Source: Sphagnum compactum (lineage: Eukaryota). Taken from it: 64,000 nucleotides of DNA. Within the stretch, counting starts at the first letter, position 1. The number at the start of each line of letters is the position of its first letter. Location: positions 1,426,001 through 1,490,000 of the forward strand of contig OZ234494.1 of NCBI GenBank assembly GCA_965153455.1. The letters are read 5' to 3'. This document shows, in pieces, positions 12,004 through 24,955 of the stretch. The translations under genes and the position numbers were made by a program. A model generated the notes under the pieces. It did not search any database. It saw only the letters and a program-made list of their open reading frames with translations, and had not been told where the DNA came from.

Positions 12004-15000
12004 TGTGGAGTTGATATTATCCAAAATTAATTTCATTGAATATAGTTAATTGCATTTGTGTAATTACTGTAATAATAAGGGTGGTGGAAAAATAACTTGC
12101 ACATTATTTCGGATGTGGTATGATTCTTTTAGAAGTCCACATATCTAAATGTGAATGAATTTCTTATTAGTCAATTTGTATAAATTTAGTTCTAGACTTT
12201 GGAAAATACATTTTTCATTTTTTTATTTTATTCTCCACACCATGCATTCCAAAAATTGCCTCCAAATCACAATTGCATTTCTAAAACGCATATTTGTGGT
12301 GGTCTTATGCAAGATAATGTTTGAAACTAATTGGTCCTTACATCCTTTACCTTTTTTGCATTTTTCAAGTCCACAAAATCACATTTCAAATCATAATATA
12401 TATTTGATTTCAATGAAAACCGTATAAAATAAGGCAGTAAGAACCTATTAAGCAAAATTTCAATGTTCGAATGTCATTTCACATAATTTGTAATTCCAAT
12501 ACAAATCACAAGTGTTATAATTTTAATGTGGATTTATCAAGCAAGGGGATTTGCATGTATTGTGATGTGATTCAACCAAATCTCTATAGGGGTCTTAATA
12601 AATTGCAGTTCATGTTGGTGTCTAGAACCAAACAATCAAACATGAAATTCAAAAAAAAAAAATCAATTATTTTCCCAATAATACTTGATGTGAAGCAAAA
12701 AGTTTGAAATTTGAAGAAAGTTGAGGTCATCTCAAGCATTTGCCACTACATTTTGAAAACCTCAAAATGGGGACTTCATGTCTCTTCTTTCATGAATGGT
12801 TAGAGAAGCCAAAAAAAACACACATGATTGAAAAATACCTTTTTTATGACATCAAAAGTTTCGAAGCCATGAATAACACAACCAAAAATTGTGTACAATG
12901 TTAAGCAAAACATTTTGATGTTAAGCAAACACATTTTGATGTTAAGCAAAACATTTTGATGTGTTTGCTTAACATGTGTAATAAAAAAAAAACTCTCATT
13001 TGGATTGACCAACAATTATTGGCCATTGACAAAATGCCTTTTGCATTATGTTGCACAAATGAATCCAACATTAGATGAACAACACCACAAAACAATGATA
13101 GTCGATCAACAACTTCTTGCTTTAACATGAGCATGTCTTGTCTTGTTTTCAACCAAAAATTGAAATGTTTAAAACCTACATTTTCATTTTTTATACCTAA
13201 AACCTTGTATAATCCAAAAGGGAAGTACACAATCTTTGACAAACCAAACACACATAGATTATTTTATTTTTGAACTCAACAAACCAACTTCAAACTAAAC
13301 TAGACCTACAATTTATTGGCACAAGAATTACATAAGAGACTTGGATGTTCATTAGTTTACCAACAATCCCTCCAATCACAAGTACTATCACCTTAATCTT
13401 TTTATTCGATCCTAAATATAATATGCAAAATCACAAAATGTGGAAAGTTGCCTTTGGATCAAAACACACAATGTTCAAAGGTTTTTTGAACTTTTAATTG
13501 AACCATAGAATGCAATGCATCTTCACCCTAATCTCAAGATTTCTCAGGTAACACATTGACCTACACTCATTCCCACTATTACATCTTGTTTCACAACCAA
13601 ATATTAGCAAATCTCCTCCAATGTTTCATCATTTCAACTTTTGCATCTCCATTACAAATTTTCACAATTCCATTCTATAATTAAAAGTTGTTACTAATCT
13701 CATCAATAAAATCCTTCTACGAGCACTCAAGGTAGAACTTGGTGATTCCTTCCCATTCACTACTTCTTACTTTAGTCCACCTTCTAACGTATTCCTTAGA
13801 TTTTACAAAAAATCAAATGGCTCAAATTATTATGCATAATGATGCACCTACACCTGTAATACAACTAAAGTCAAACGTCTTCACATTTTCATAATCTCCA
13901 ACAACATTTCCTTCTTTATTCATGGTTACAAAGGTTAGGACATTAAATTTAGATTGTTAATATATTGGAAGATAATTTTAATAATGATTCTAGCTTTTTT
14001 TTAAAGTAAGATTCCACACAAAAGCTCTTGAACACTTTTATGCAAAACAAACTAATTTTTTTACACAATGTCCTTTGATGGTTCCACCAATTTAGTTTCT
14101 CAATATATGTTTTGAAATTAGTAACAACCATGACAATTTCCAAGTGAAGATCTCACAACACCACACACATTACTTGCAAGTTCTTCACATGCCATTAATC
14201 TTATCTTCATCACCTTGTCCTTAACATCCACCAAAATGACACACACCTCCTACAAAACACATAGTTCAAATGCAAAAGCATGACTGCACTTGAAACAAAT
14301 TAACTTTATCACTCCATTACATCCTCCATCAGCATTGCGTAATTACCAAATTAGGAAAAATGACAACAACAATGTCTCCATCCTTCTCTTTTGTGAAAAG
14401 TGGATTGCAATTGTCAACAACTTGAATTCATGAACTTAGTTCATATCACATTAAATTTCCAACGTCTTCATCAACAAATATTTCTCCTTTCACATCAATC
14501 ATGGCTAAACACACACTCCAATACATAGGAGTTTTCTTCTTACAAGGAATCATGCTTTTTAAATTCTCATTATGTCTATTCAACATAATTAATAGTTATT
14601 ATTTTGATGATGGATTGATATGGAGATAACAACATGGGAGGACATGCAACGAAGTAAAACAAGATTTGACAAACTTACTTATAAGGAATAAGAGTTTTAC
14701 TTTCAATGATTCACAAATCTCATTGTTGAATTTACGACCCTTGCCATTACCACCACAACCAATACTCATAAGATGACCACCTTGTATGATGAAACCCTTT
14801 TATGTTAGAACGAACACACAATATATACACACACTAATAATATACTTAAAACAAATATTACTATACAATTAATCACAAAAAACACCATGTGGCATGGAAC
14901 TCACACCAAAAGTTGCAAACCTTTGAAACTATGTTTCATTTTTTCCTTCACTACCATGGATGAACATGAATTTGATGTGGACCCCATGTAGCCTACATGG

Positions 15001-15268
15001 AATTTCATTAATTTGTACCTACATTTGCAACAACCTTATGGATAGTTACATGATGCCAAATGTCATAGCTACCTAACCTAACCTAATTTTCTACCTAGCC
15101 TAAAATATATAATTACCTATTTTTAACCTACCTAGGTAAAATAATAAGTAGGTACATAACAAATGCTTATATTAACTTAGCTAATATAACATAACCTAAT
15201 TTATTAAATCTACCTACTTAATTTAGCCTAGCCTAGCTTATCCTACTTTAAATTAACCCCTAGGGACG

Positions 15269-15339
15269 TGCAAGTATAAGGACTTGAACCCTTCACCTCC
15301 ATGAAAATCAACTAAGCCTTTAACCACTGCACCACGCCA
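15269..15339 (-). other. tRNA-like fragment with Pol III A/B boxes (not a functional tRNA)
   Basis: Minus strand reads GGCGTGGTGCAGTGGTTAAAGG...GAGGTGAAGGGTTCAAGTCCT. A homologous copy is at 59299-59368. Confidence 0.5.
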
Positions 15340-15659
15340 TTCTATGATGATAAATTTTGTCTACTTATTTATTTCACATCTTGTCACATACATTAGTTAC
15401 ATGATGTACATCATAGGTAGTTGGGTAGATAAGTAGGTAAAATATATTACTAATTATTTACTTACCAATAAGCTACATACTTACCTACTTACATGCCTAT
15501 ATATCTACATACCTACCTATATATTACCTACTTACATACTTACCTACATACCTACCTACTTACCTATTTACCTACCTACCTAGATACAAAATAGGTAGGT
15601 AAGTAATAGGCGTTTATCATAACCTACCTTATTAAGCTTACTTAGTTTAACCTCATGGG

Positions 15660-16425
15660 TCAAAATGCACTCAAAAGAGCCACAAGCATTACTTTACATT
15701 AAGACTAAATGTCCTTTTTCCCCAAAATACATTTTTCATGCAAATGGTTTTTCGAATGATTTTTTTGGCAACTTTTTAGGAAAATTGCCCCAATAAGTCA
15801 AAAAAATTGAATCATTTCTTAATAAATATGAATTTGTCAAAATGTGTAGATTTTTTGAAGATTCTATGTTTCATCTTGAAAAATGATGATAATTTGAAAT
15901 CATACCAAAAATGTTCATTTTTAAAAGTTCAATGTAATGTAATATAAACTACAACTTTGTTTAATACATCATGTACATTTACCCAATTTTATATGTGGTA
16001 AATCATTTTTCAAGTTTTGAAATTCTAAATTTTTAGATGTACATACTTTGAATTTTCAAAGTTTTAGAATTTCACATTTTTGAAATTGTGATTTTTTTTT
16101 AGAGTGCCTAATAGGTTATTATCATTTCATATTTTTACCATCAACTTACTTTATTATATGAATCCTTTGAAAGTCCTATGTAAAAATGTCCTTTTTCAAT
16201 GATAAAAAGTTTTACTTTCAAAAGTCATTAACTAAACCAAAACCTAAAATTGAATCAAATGGATTTTACATTTCAGTTTCTTGACATTCATGTGTGTTAA
16301 AAAATAATAATGTGCCATAATTACTATGGTTTCAAATTGAAAGAAAAAACAAAAAAAAACCTTTAATTTTTTATGATAAAATTTAACATCTAATGGCCTT
16401 TGTGGCTCCTTTGAGTGTGTTTTGA
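15660..16425. mobile_element. ~770 bp non-autonomous TIR element (MITE)
   Basis: TCAAAATGCACTCAAAAGAGCCACAA vs reverse-complemented right end TCAAAACACACTCAAAGGAGCCACAA (23/26). Possible TCAT 4-bp TSD at 15653-15656 and 16429-16432. Confidence 0.65.
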
Positions 16426-17633
16426 TGTTCATAGCCTAACTTATCCCCATAATTTAGCTAACCTATTTGGCCTACTTAAGTTATTTAGGCTACTAGATGC
16501 CTTACCTAGCTAAATTTACTTAACCTACCTAATGTAGCTAAACCTAAGCCTACCTAGCCTACTTATTAGATAATAATAGCATTTTGTAACCTACCTACAA
16601 ACCAATAAATGAACTTGTACATTTCAAATTGTAATAATAGTTTAGGTGCCATGTGTCATCTAATCATTTATATATAGTTGTTAATGTAGTTGTTTTAATA
16701 CACTTGTCAACCATTAATGGATGCCATTAATAAATAATGGATAACATATGTTCCATTTTTGATCAAATTAGGGTGACATGTAGGCTTGCTACAAGTGTAA
16801 TTGCAAAATGAATTGATTTGTACATAAATCACACACTAGTCCCAAACATAAGATCAAAATGGACAAGATATTTTCTAATGATTGACCATAAAATCAAATT
16901 TTGTCATCATCATAGTTTGGATCCACTCCCACTCTTTGGCCATCACCTTGATTCCAAGATCTACCACGATCATTTTGTTCACTATTGTTTTATGCAAGGT
17001 ATGTTGCCATTAGTTTGTCCAATATATTTTTCGTAACTATTATAATTGCAAAACCACCTGGAGGAATTACATCAAAAGCATAACCTTGAATAGTTTCATG
17101 GTACAACACATTTTAATACACCGTCATATACACCTAATTTTTGTCGCCTACCTTCCTGTGTGACTATAACATTCATATGTTTAAAAATTAAGACAAATGA
17201 TTACATAAACATTTGTAACATGAATTTTTACCACATTTTAAAAATTAATGGGAAGGATTAATTAAATATTGGCTTGCACTCAAAGTGGCATAGTGGGTGA
17301 AAAAAGTTATGGTGCTTCATTTATGTTATGCAACAATCTTGGAAAGGTCATTCTATTGATAAGTGAACATCTAAGCCATGGAAAAAGTCTACATAAAAGG
17401 GGCAATGGTTTTTGGGCCTCTTGCACTTTAAAATATTTTATACAGACATGTTATCCTTTAAGAAATGGAAGGGTGACATTGCATAAAAATGTGGAAGTGC
17501 GAACAAGTTTGGTAAGCCTAGCAATCAAGATTGAAATTAAGATAAATGATAAGTCAAGGAGACATCAAAAACATATATAATACAATACAAAACCCAAAGG
17601 AAAAACAATGGAGACACAAAATTAGATAAGAGA

Positions 17634-18064
17634 CTAGTGTGGCCTATGCCGTTGGCCCAAGTGTTAGCACGTCCTCAATTGATTTTTCCTTCCAAAACCT
17701 GGTTTTTGGAGAATTTGTATCGGTAGAAATCACTTAAAAATCAATATTTCCCACGATCTGAATCCAAATCTTACCAAATAAATTCCATTAAATCCTGTTC
17801 ATCAAGATTTTTCCAAGAAAACCAAAGGCACATTCTAATTCCTTGAAATTTTCAGCTACGATTTAATTTAGTTTTCAATGAAGAAATCATTCAATATTCA
17901 AGAACTTTTGCACCACAAGCCAAACGTCATGGAACCAAGCCCATGCACCCCTCCTCATTTAGAACTTTCCAAAGACACCAAGAACACAATCTAAAGTATC
18001 TCGGTTCGCTGGATTTCATAACTACAAAACAAAACAAAACAAACTACTTTTTTTCATAGATAGA
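17634..18064 (-). mobile_element. Non-autonomous Helitron, ~430 bp
   Basis: Minus strand 5' end A|TCTATCTATG; 3' end GGGCCAACGGCATAGGCC-ACA-CTAG|T, i.e. a GC-rich hairpin followed by CTAG. Inserted between A and T with no TSD. Confidence 0.7.
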
Positions 18065-21000
18065 TAATCATGTGGGTTTCATAAAACTAAATTGTATATA
18101 AAGAAAAGAATTAACAAAGGAGATCTATTTATCATCACACCCAAATATACAAACAAAACAAAAACAAAAAAAGGACAATACAACACAAGTGAAAATGAAA
18201 CCAAATGTGACACATAAAATAACTTATTGTAGCCTTGTGAAATTAAACAACAACAATAATAATTAAACACAAAGAGAAGAGGGAGTGTTAAGCACAAAAC
18301 TTAATAGTTTTAGGGACTTCATAAAAAAAAATTGCATTTGATTTTTCCCATTATATGTATATATTGTGTATACATGTATGATATTGATTTTCACACCTTA
18401 CAAGCTTCACATTTTAGTCCACCATGGGCATTACCTTATAATTTAAACACAAGATGACAAATAATAGGCTTTAACATCTTCAAAAATAGCCAAAACACCA
18501 ACATGTAACTAATCATTTTGATTTATTAATGTTATAACTCCTTATTCTCCATCACCAATTGTTTTTAAACAAATAATTCTTGTTTGTAAAAAAATTTATC
18601 TTTCAAAAGACCACAAATAATTTAAGGTTTCAAAAAGGGTAAGAACACACTACAATGGACTTTTTTGGAAGTCACAGTGGCAATTTTCTTTGAATGAGTC
18701 AAGTATTGTTGAATTATATTCAAATCTATTTGAAAAACTTGGCAAAAATGAGATCTAAAATTGAAACTTACGTTCTAATCTTTCAAATTTTTTTAAAAAA
18801 TTACCAACAGGATAAATGTTTAATTCAAGGTGGACTTTACAAAAGATGGTACATGTAATGTCACATTCCAAACTACCCCAAAAAAATTATCATTACGGAC
18901 TTTTTTCTTCTAGTGGAGTTGGAAACTAAACCTATGACATTTTACCACCACACATTGAAGTACCATAACACTTAAGATGGAAAAATCAAGCAAGAAAAAG
19001 TCTCTAAAAAAAATTTAAGATTTAAAATGAAAATTTCAAATTCATAAAGTTCATTTTGATATCTAAATTGATTTTTTCAAGGCCCATATTTTTAAAGGTT
19101 AAAAAAAAGGTTTAAATTATGGTGGTATGAACTTGGAAATGGGAAAAAAATGTGAACTTCAACATCATTTAAATGTTATTTTTGAAAAATCATTATATTT
19201 GGACTGACTTTCATCCACCCTTTTTGGGTGAGTGTAGCGTGCATTTACCCAAAACTTGTGTGCATAAGAAATGCATGTCGGTTATTATTTTTGTGATTGA
19301 TGAACATTTGTAGACTCATATGAGCTACATGAAACTTCATCTTGCCACTGTAAAAAAAGATGAGAAAAATATATATATGCGAAAGATTGGTAAATTGAAA
19401 AATGAACATTAGAATTGTAGCAATGGTGTTGTTGCAATAGGTAATACTGATGCCATAGCTCAAGGGAGCAAACTTGAATAAGATATTGGGGGTGGGGGAC
19501 ATTGCTAAATGTTGTAACAACAAAATCTTTTGTGTTATTTTCATAGTATCCTTGAAACTATAGTTTTTCAAATTTTGTTCCTGTTGTTGTGGTGGTGGTG
19601 ATCATTGTAAAAATAACCAGAGCTTCACAACAAGCAAAATGCTTCAGAGTTTGAATGCTTGAGGGTGTAGTAACACTAACATGTACCACAACAAGTGTAA
19701 GTAGTGTTTGGTTTTGTGTATCGAACATTTTAGAATAAAATTTAAAATTCCAAATGGAATTGTTTTTGGGTAAAAATATAGTCAAAGGAGTCATTCAAGT
19801 GAATAGAAACTCCTTAAAATTGCATTTTGTACTTTTGAATGATCACAAGGGAAACATGATAATTTAAATTTTTATAAAAATTTTGGAATGTTTTTCATTA
19901 ATTTTTTAAAGTTTACATGTTCAAAGCTTGACATAAATCAAAAATGTTTTTGCATATTCCAAACACTCAAACTTCAAGAGTGAACATTCCTTTTTCTTTT
20001 TTCCAATGTCCTTTTTTTCTACCAAATGTGTACCATTCCTTTTGAAAATTGAAGAGGATTTTAACGTTGATGAGTAGAAGGGCAAAAGGACAACTAATGA
20101 AAATTGTTATCATAACCAATTTGAGCACATTTGGTTCAAACTTGTTTTTGACCTTGAAAATGTGGCCTTAAAAAATTGTTCATATTTATGTGATAAAGGG
20201 CATGAATGCATAATATATATGACATAATATCAATTTGTAATCAAAACGTATTTATATCTAACATGTAATGTTAAATTCGATATCCAAAATATAAAATTTT
20301 AAGTTATAAACTAACACATAAATGACATGTCTCATGTGTAGTCCTTGGAAAAGGACTTTTACCTTAGTGCCCCTACCTCCTTTTACCATGTTTGCACCCT
20401 TTTACATAATGTTATTTTCAGTGTAAATTAATATATATTGTAAAATTTTGAAATCAATCTAATAAATGAAACATACCCAAAAACACTTTGAAAACAATGT
20501 AACTAGTGAATTTAAACAATAAAAAGACTTTAAAATTGATTTGTTTTTTTTTGAAAATGACATATTTTTAGCAGATTTTTTATGTAAACCATAATTGAAT
20601 AGTGTGATGAAAATTTTCAAGATTTTCAAGATTTTTAAAAATATTTTTGTTCAAAATATTTCAAGAATATTCCAAAATAAGCACCCAATAAGCAATCACC
20701 CAAGGGGGCAAGTGTGGTTCATGTTATCCTATTTGCACCTTTGAAGATTTCAGTTTATTTAGATTTAGGATCTTTTTTTAGTTACTTTAATTTCTATTAT
20801 ATCCTTGGAAATATGTTTCTCAAAATTTATTTATTTTTGAATTAGTGATGGGATTTGGAAGTTTAAGGAACTAGCTTACATTTCATTGAAAGGTAGCAAA
20901 TGTTTATGGTTTCCATCTTTGAATAGTTATGTTGTACATTTGGTGTGTATTGGTTATAATGCATTGGTATTATAGAAGTTAAGAAAAGAGCTTTATATTG

Positions 21001-24000
21001 CACTTTTTAGACTACTTAAACTTTTGTTCATGGGTTATCTTGATATGCATTTGGAACGTGCAAAAATCTTTCAAATGTGATCAAACAAAGCTTTATAATA
21101 AGGATACAACATCAAGAGGAATTTAAACTTATTTCTTCCATTCTCTCAAATTTGAACAAATGCGAGGAAGGAAATTGTTTATTAGATCTATAGATTAGTT
21201 TTGAAAAAATTGTGGAGTGACACAAGATAGATTGAGCAACTAGTGAATAACTTTACGTGTTATGTGATATGTAGCCATGGGAATTAAAGACCTTTCATTG
21301 CACAACAATAGAGCTTTAATGATTTTTGTTTTGCGTTTACAACAAAAAAACCATGGCTTTAAAGAAAAATGTGAAGCTCATGAAGGATTGGTGAAATTCA
21401 AACCAAAAACTAGTGATGTTGTGTGAGAAGATTCGGGAACATGCATGATGTTATAAAAAGAACATTAATGCATTTCCACAATGATGTCAATGTTAGAATG
21501 GAAAAAATACTTTGAAACTTGTGATTGATTTTGTTGTTTGAATTGAACTTCTCTTTGTAGGCAAATGGGTGGAGGACTTTGTGCAAAAGCTATTTTTTTC
21601 TAGTATTATTTTCATGCCCATTGCCCGTGTTGTTTTGAAAGTTATCAATGTTTCTATAAATCAAAGGTTGAATTAAGAACAATGTTGGGCAAAGAGGGGT
21701 GAAAGCCTAGCCAATTTTAGGTTGTTTATTTCATTAAAAATTGGTGGGTATTAGATTAAATGATACATGGCTTAATAATTAGATCATCAATTTACATTAA
21801 CTAATAATCAATCCTTAATAATCAATTTTATTCAAGATTTTTCAAATTCTTGGTACCCAAAATAATGCAATTGACATGTTTACTTAGGTTTAGTTTTCAA
21901 CATCATTTTTTTTTCAAAAAAATTCCAATGTCAAAAATACCATATATTTATTAAGGTTAGGCTTTACGGGTGGAAAGGTCATTCAATGAAGGGGCAAAAA
22001 GAAGACACACATAAAACTTATCCATAAAGTTGTGGCCAATCTTTCAGCTTAAATTTCACCCTTTATTTGTAATTCACCCCCAAATGAAGGGTATGTGTAA
22101 AGTGGGAAAATTTTGGGGAAGACTGTTAATATTGTGGGTGAAGTTTATAGGATTTGAAGGTTGGGGCAAAAAATATGTAAAAGGACATAAGACCATTAAA
22201 ATTTTGATAATGAAATCACAATATTAACACATTGGGATAAATAGTAAATTAAAATTTGAAGCACAAAACTATTTTTAGCATGAAAACTAATGATATAATG
22301 AATTTCAAGCCCCATTTTATGCATGTGTATTTATTTGCCTCAATTTTCAATAATAGTTTCAATTTTAACCAAATTTATTACCCATTGTTTATGATTCTAC
22401 AAATAATTCTATTTCATGGGAATTAGTTCCAAAATTGGTTTAGGTATAATGTACCTTATATTTATTAGGGTTAGGAAAAACAGGTGGAAATGCAATTCCA
22501 AGAAAGGCCCCAAAAAGACACAATTTAATGATAGTTGAAGTTTTCCATTGATCGAATTCAAGAACTAAATCCTGTTAAATGTGTGCTTTATCTTTGACAA
22601 AGGAGTTAGTGCAAAATATTAAAAGAAATTAAAAGTGGCTTGAAGCAAAGATGAATTGTGAAATTATGAAGTTTTGGAAAGAATTTCATTTTGTTTCATT
22701 CTCATCATCGTTAAGTAAATAGAAAAATGAACTTCAACAAAGAAGTTGTGAAAATTATCTTTTTTGACCAAGTTTTTTTTAATTTATGAAAACTAACATT
22801 TTGAAAGACAATTTAGTAAAAAAAGTTTCAAAAGCCTCATACCTTGGCCGGTTTCTTAGAACTTGAAATATATATTTATATAATTGGGATGGTTTTTAAA
22901 ACCCAAGTTCAAGGGTTGGAAAAAAAAATGAGAACCACCTATAATCGGTTAAGAATTATATACATATGATGTCAACAAGGTGTCCATTTGTTCTGAATAT
23001 GCTTTAATGATGATATTAAATTTTTAATGAAACCATGAGTAATTTAAATCATTTTTGTGAGAATGTTATTGGCCTTTTCAAACATCTAAGTTGCAAGCCA
23101 AAAACTCCTATCTTCTGTCATTAAACACAAATTTGAAATGCTTGTACAACATGGATTAGATTTAATTGTCCATGATCATACCATTAAAAAGGCACATGTG
23201 AACAAAATTTGAACCTTTGGTAGTAATAATGTCCGCACAACCATTATCCAATGCTAATGGATCTTATGTGGAGAATGGTGTAAGGAGGAGGTGGAATTCT
23301 CTAATGTTGGTTATTATCATCAACAATGCAAATTTTGGCATGGAGTTGATGAACCACCTTATGGCCCTCACTTAGTCACAAAGTCATTGAAATGCAAGCA
23401 ATATGCATGGTTGCATGGTGTCTTCTAGGAATTGAGGGAGATCTATTCAAATTTCATAAGCAAGTTTCTCATTATTTGAGTCTCCAAAGATTGTGCTTCA
23501 AGTTCTATCTCTTCTTTCTACTATTTTTTTTGAATTTTTTTCTTTTCCTTTGCATGCTCATTTCGAATCATATGGGAGGAGGGGGAGGATGGCACTTGTG
23601 CAAGGTTTTTGAATTATGACCTTCATCTCGTTTTCAATGGTAGTGGGTTCAATGACATACCTAAAAATATTTATGAGTGACAAACTATTTTAACCTCCTT
23701 TTGTATAGGAAAAAGGTCAAATTTGTGTACATACATTTGTTTGCATGTGAAAATTAAAAAGGAAATGAGTTTAAATATAAACATTCACCCATTCGTAGCC
23801 CATTAAAAAAGATACTTGGGTATCATTAGGCTGTGAATGTGAGATTGAAGGGTAAGACGCACTTTGAAAATGTATATGTACCTTTTTTTCCAAGTTCATA
23901 CATGGGTTATATTGATATTTAGTTGTATTTTGGAAGTGTCCACATAATATCATATACCATGGTTTATACCCATATGGTAGATGTGTATTGTCAATTTAAT

Positions 24001-24955
24001 ATATGCAAACATTAAAGTTCTTTCGATCTTGTTCTTACTAATGATATTGTATCATGCGTAAGGAATGCCCCAATGTAAGCAATTAGTATACTCAATATGG
24101 TATCAAAAACCTACCAAGTTAATATACATGATCAACTTGGTACCCTTTCCTATGTTTTGTGAAATTCTATGTATGTATAGGTTCATCATAATGTTCATTT
24201 CAAATTTTATGATGGATAAAACCCACATGTGAGGGACATTTCGAAAATGTAAGATTGAACACAATTGTTGCTTCACCTTTATAAGCTTTTAATCTAGGAA
24301 TGTCTTCACCTTAAGGTTTTACCCTATAAGAAAAACCAATACCAAAAAGACCCAATTGGTATGCACAAAGGCCAATACCATATACCATATGAATACACAA
24401 AGTGAATCATAAAGCCAACTAGAAGATCAATTATGAAATTGAAATATCCAATTGGGTAGGTCATGGATGACAAATGAAGGGGTGGGGTGGGGTGGGCGTC
24501 ACTATTTGCAAACACTTTTGGGCAAAACATGGGAACCATTTTAGGATATGTGACTGTTGGGGGATGTGAAAAAATGGTAACACATGAGAATCCACAACCT
24601 TCCTTCGGTGGGGGAGGGGGAAAAGGTCGGAGGTAGGTAGGAAACTTAATGCATAGGAATTTCATGAAATATTATGGACAATAATCAACAACATGTTGTT
24701 GCTTTTATGAAACTAATTTCTTTTTTCTTGAAAGAATGATGTTAGATGGAACATCAGCTGTAGCTGAACAAGATGGTGTATTCTTGCTCAACCTAGAGAT
24801 TGAAAATTCTTATCACTTGTTTACAAAATGGATTGCTTCATGCACTACTTCACACAAACATCTAACATCCTCTTCAACTCATGGAATCCAACAACAACTC
24901 AAACACAAATTCAATTGATGTATATTGGAAGGAGAAGAAAAAATAAGAACTCTAA

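Noticed and set aside
12450-14800. Possible decayed TE coding sequence on the minus strand
   Set aside because: The composition is suggestive, but no motif could be assigned with confidence.
15269-15339. Functional tRNA gene
   Set aside because: A/B boxes are present but I could not form convincing acceptor and anticodon stems.
18648-18915. Small CACTA element (CACTACAATG...TTCTAGTG)
   Set aside because: TIR match is poor beyond CACTA and the flanks differ (ACA vs GAG).
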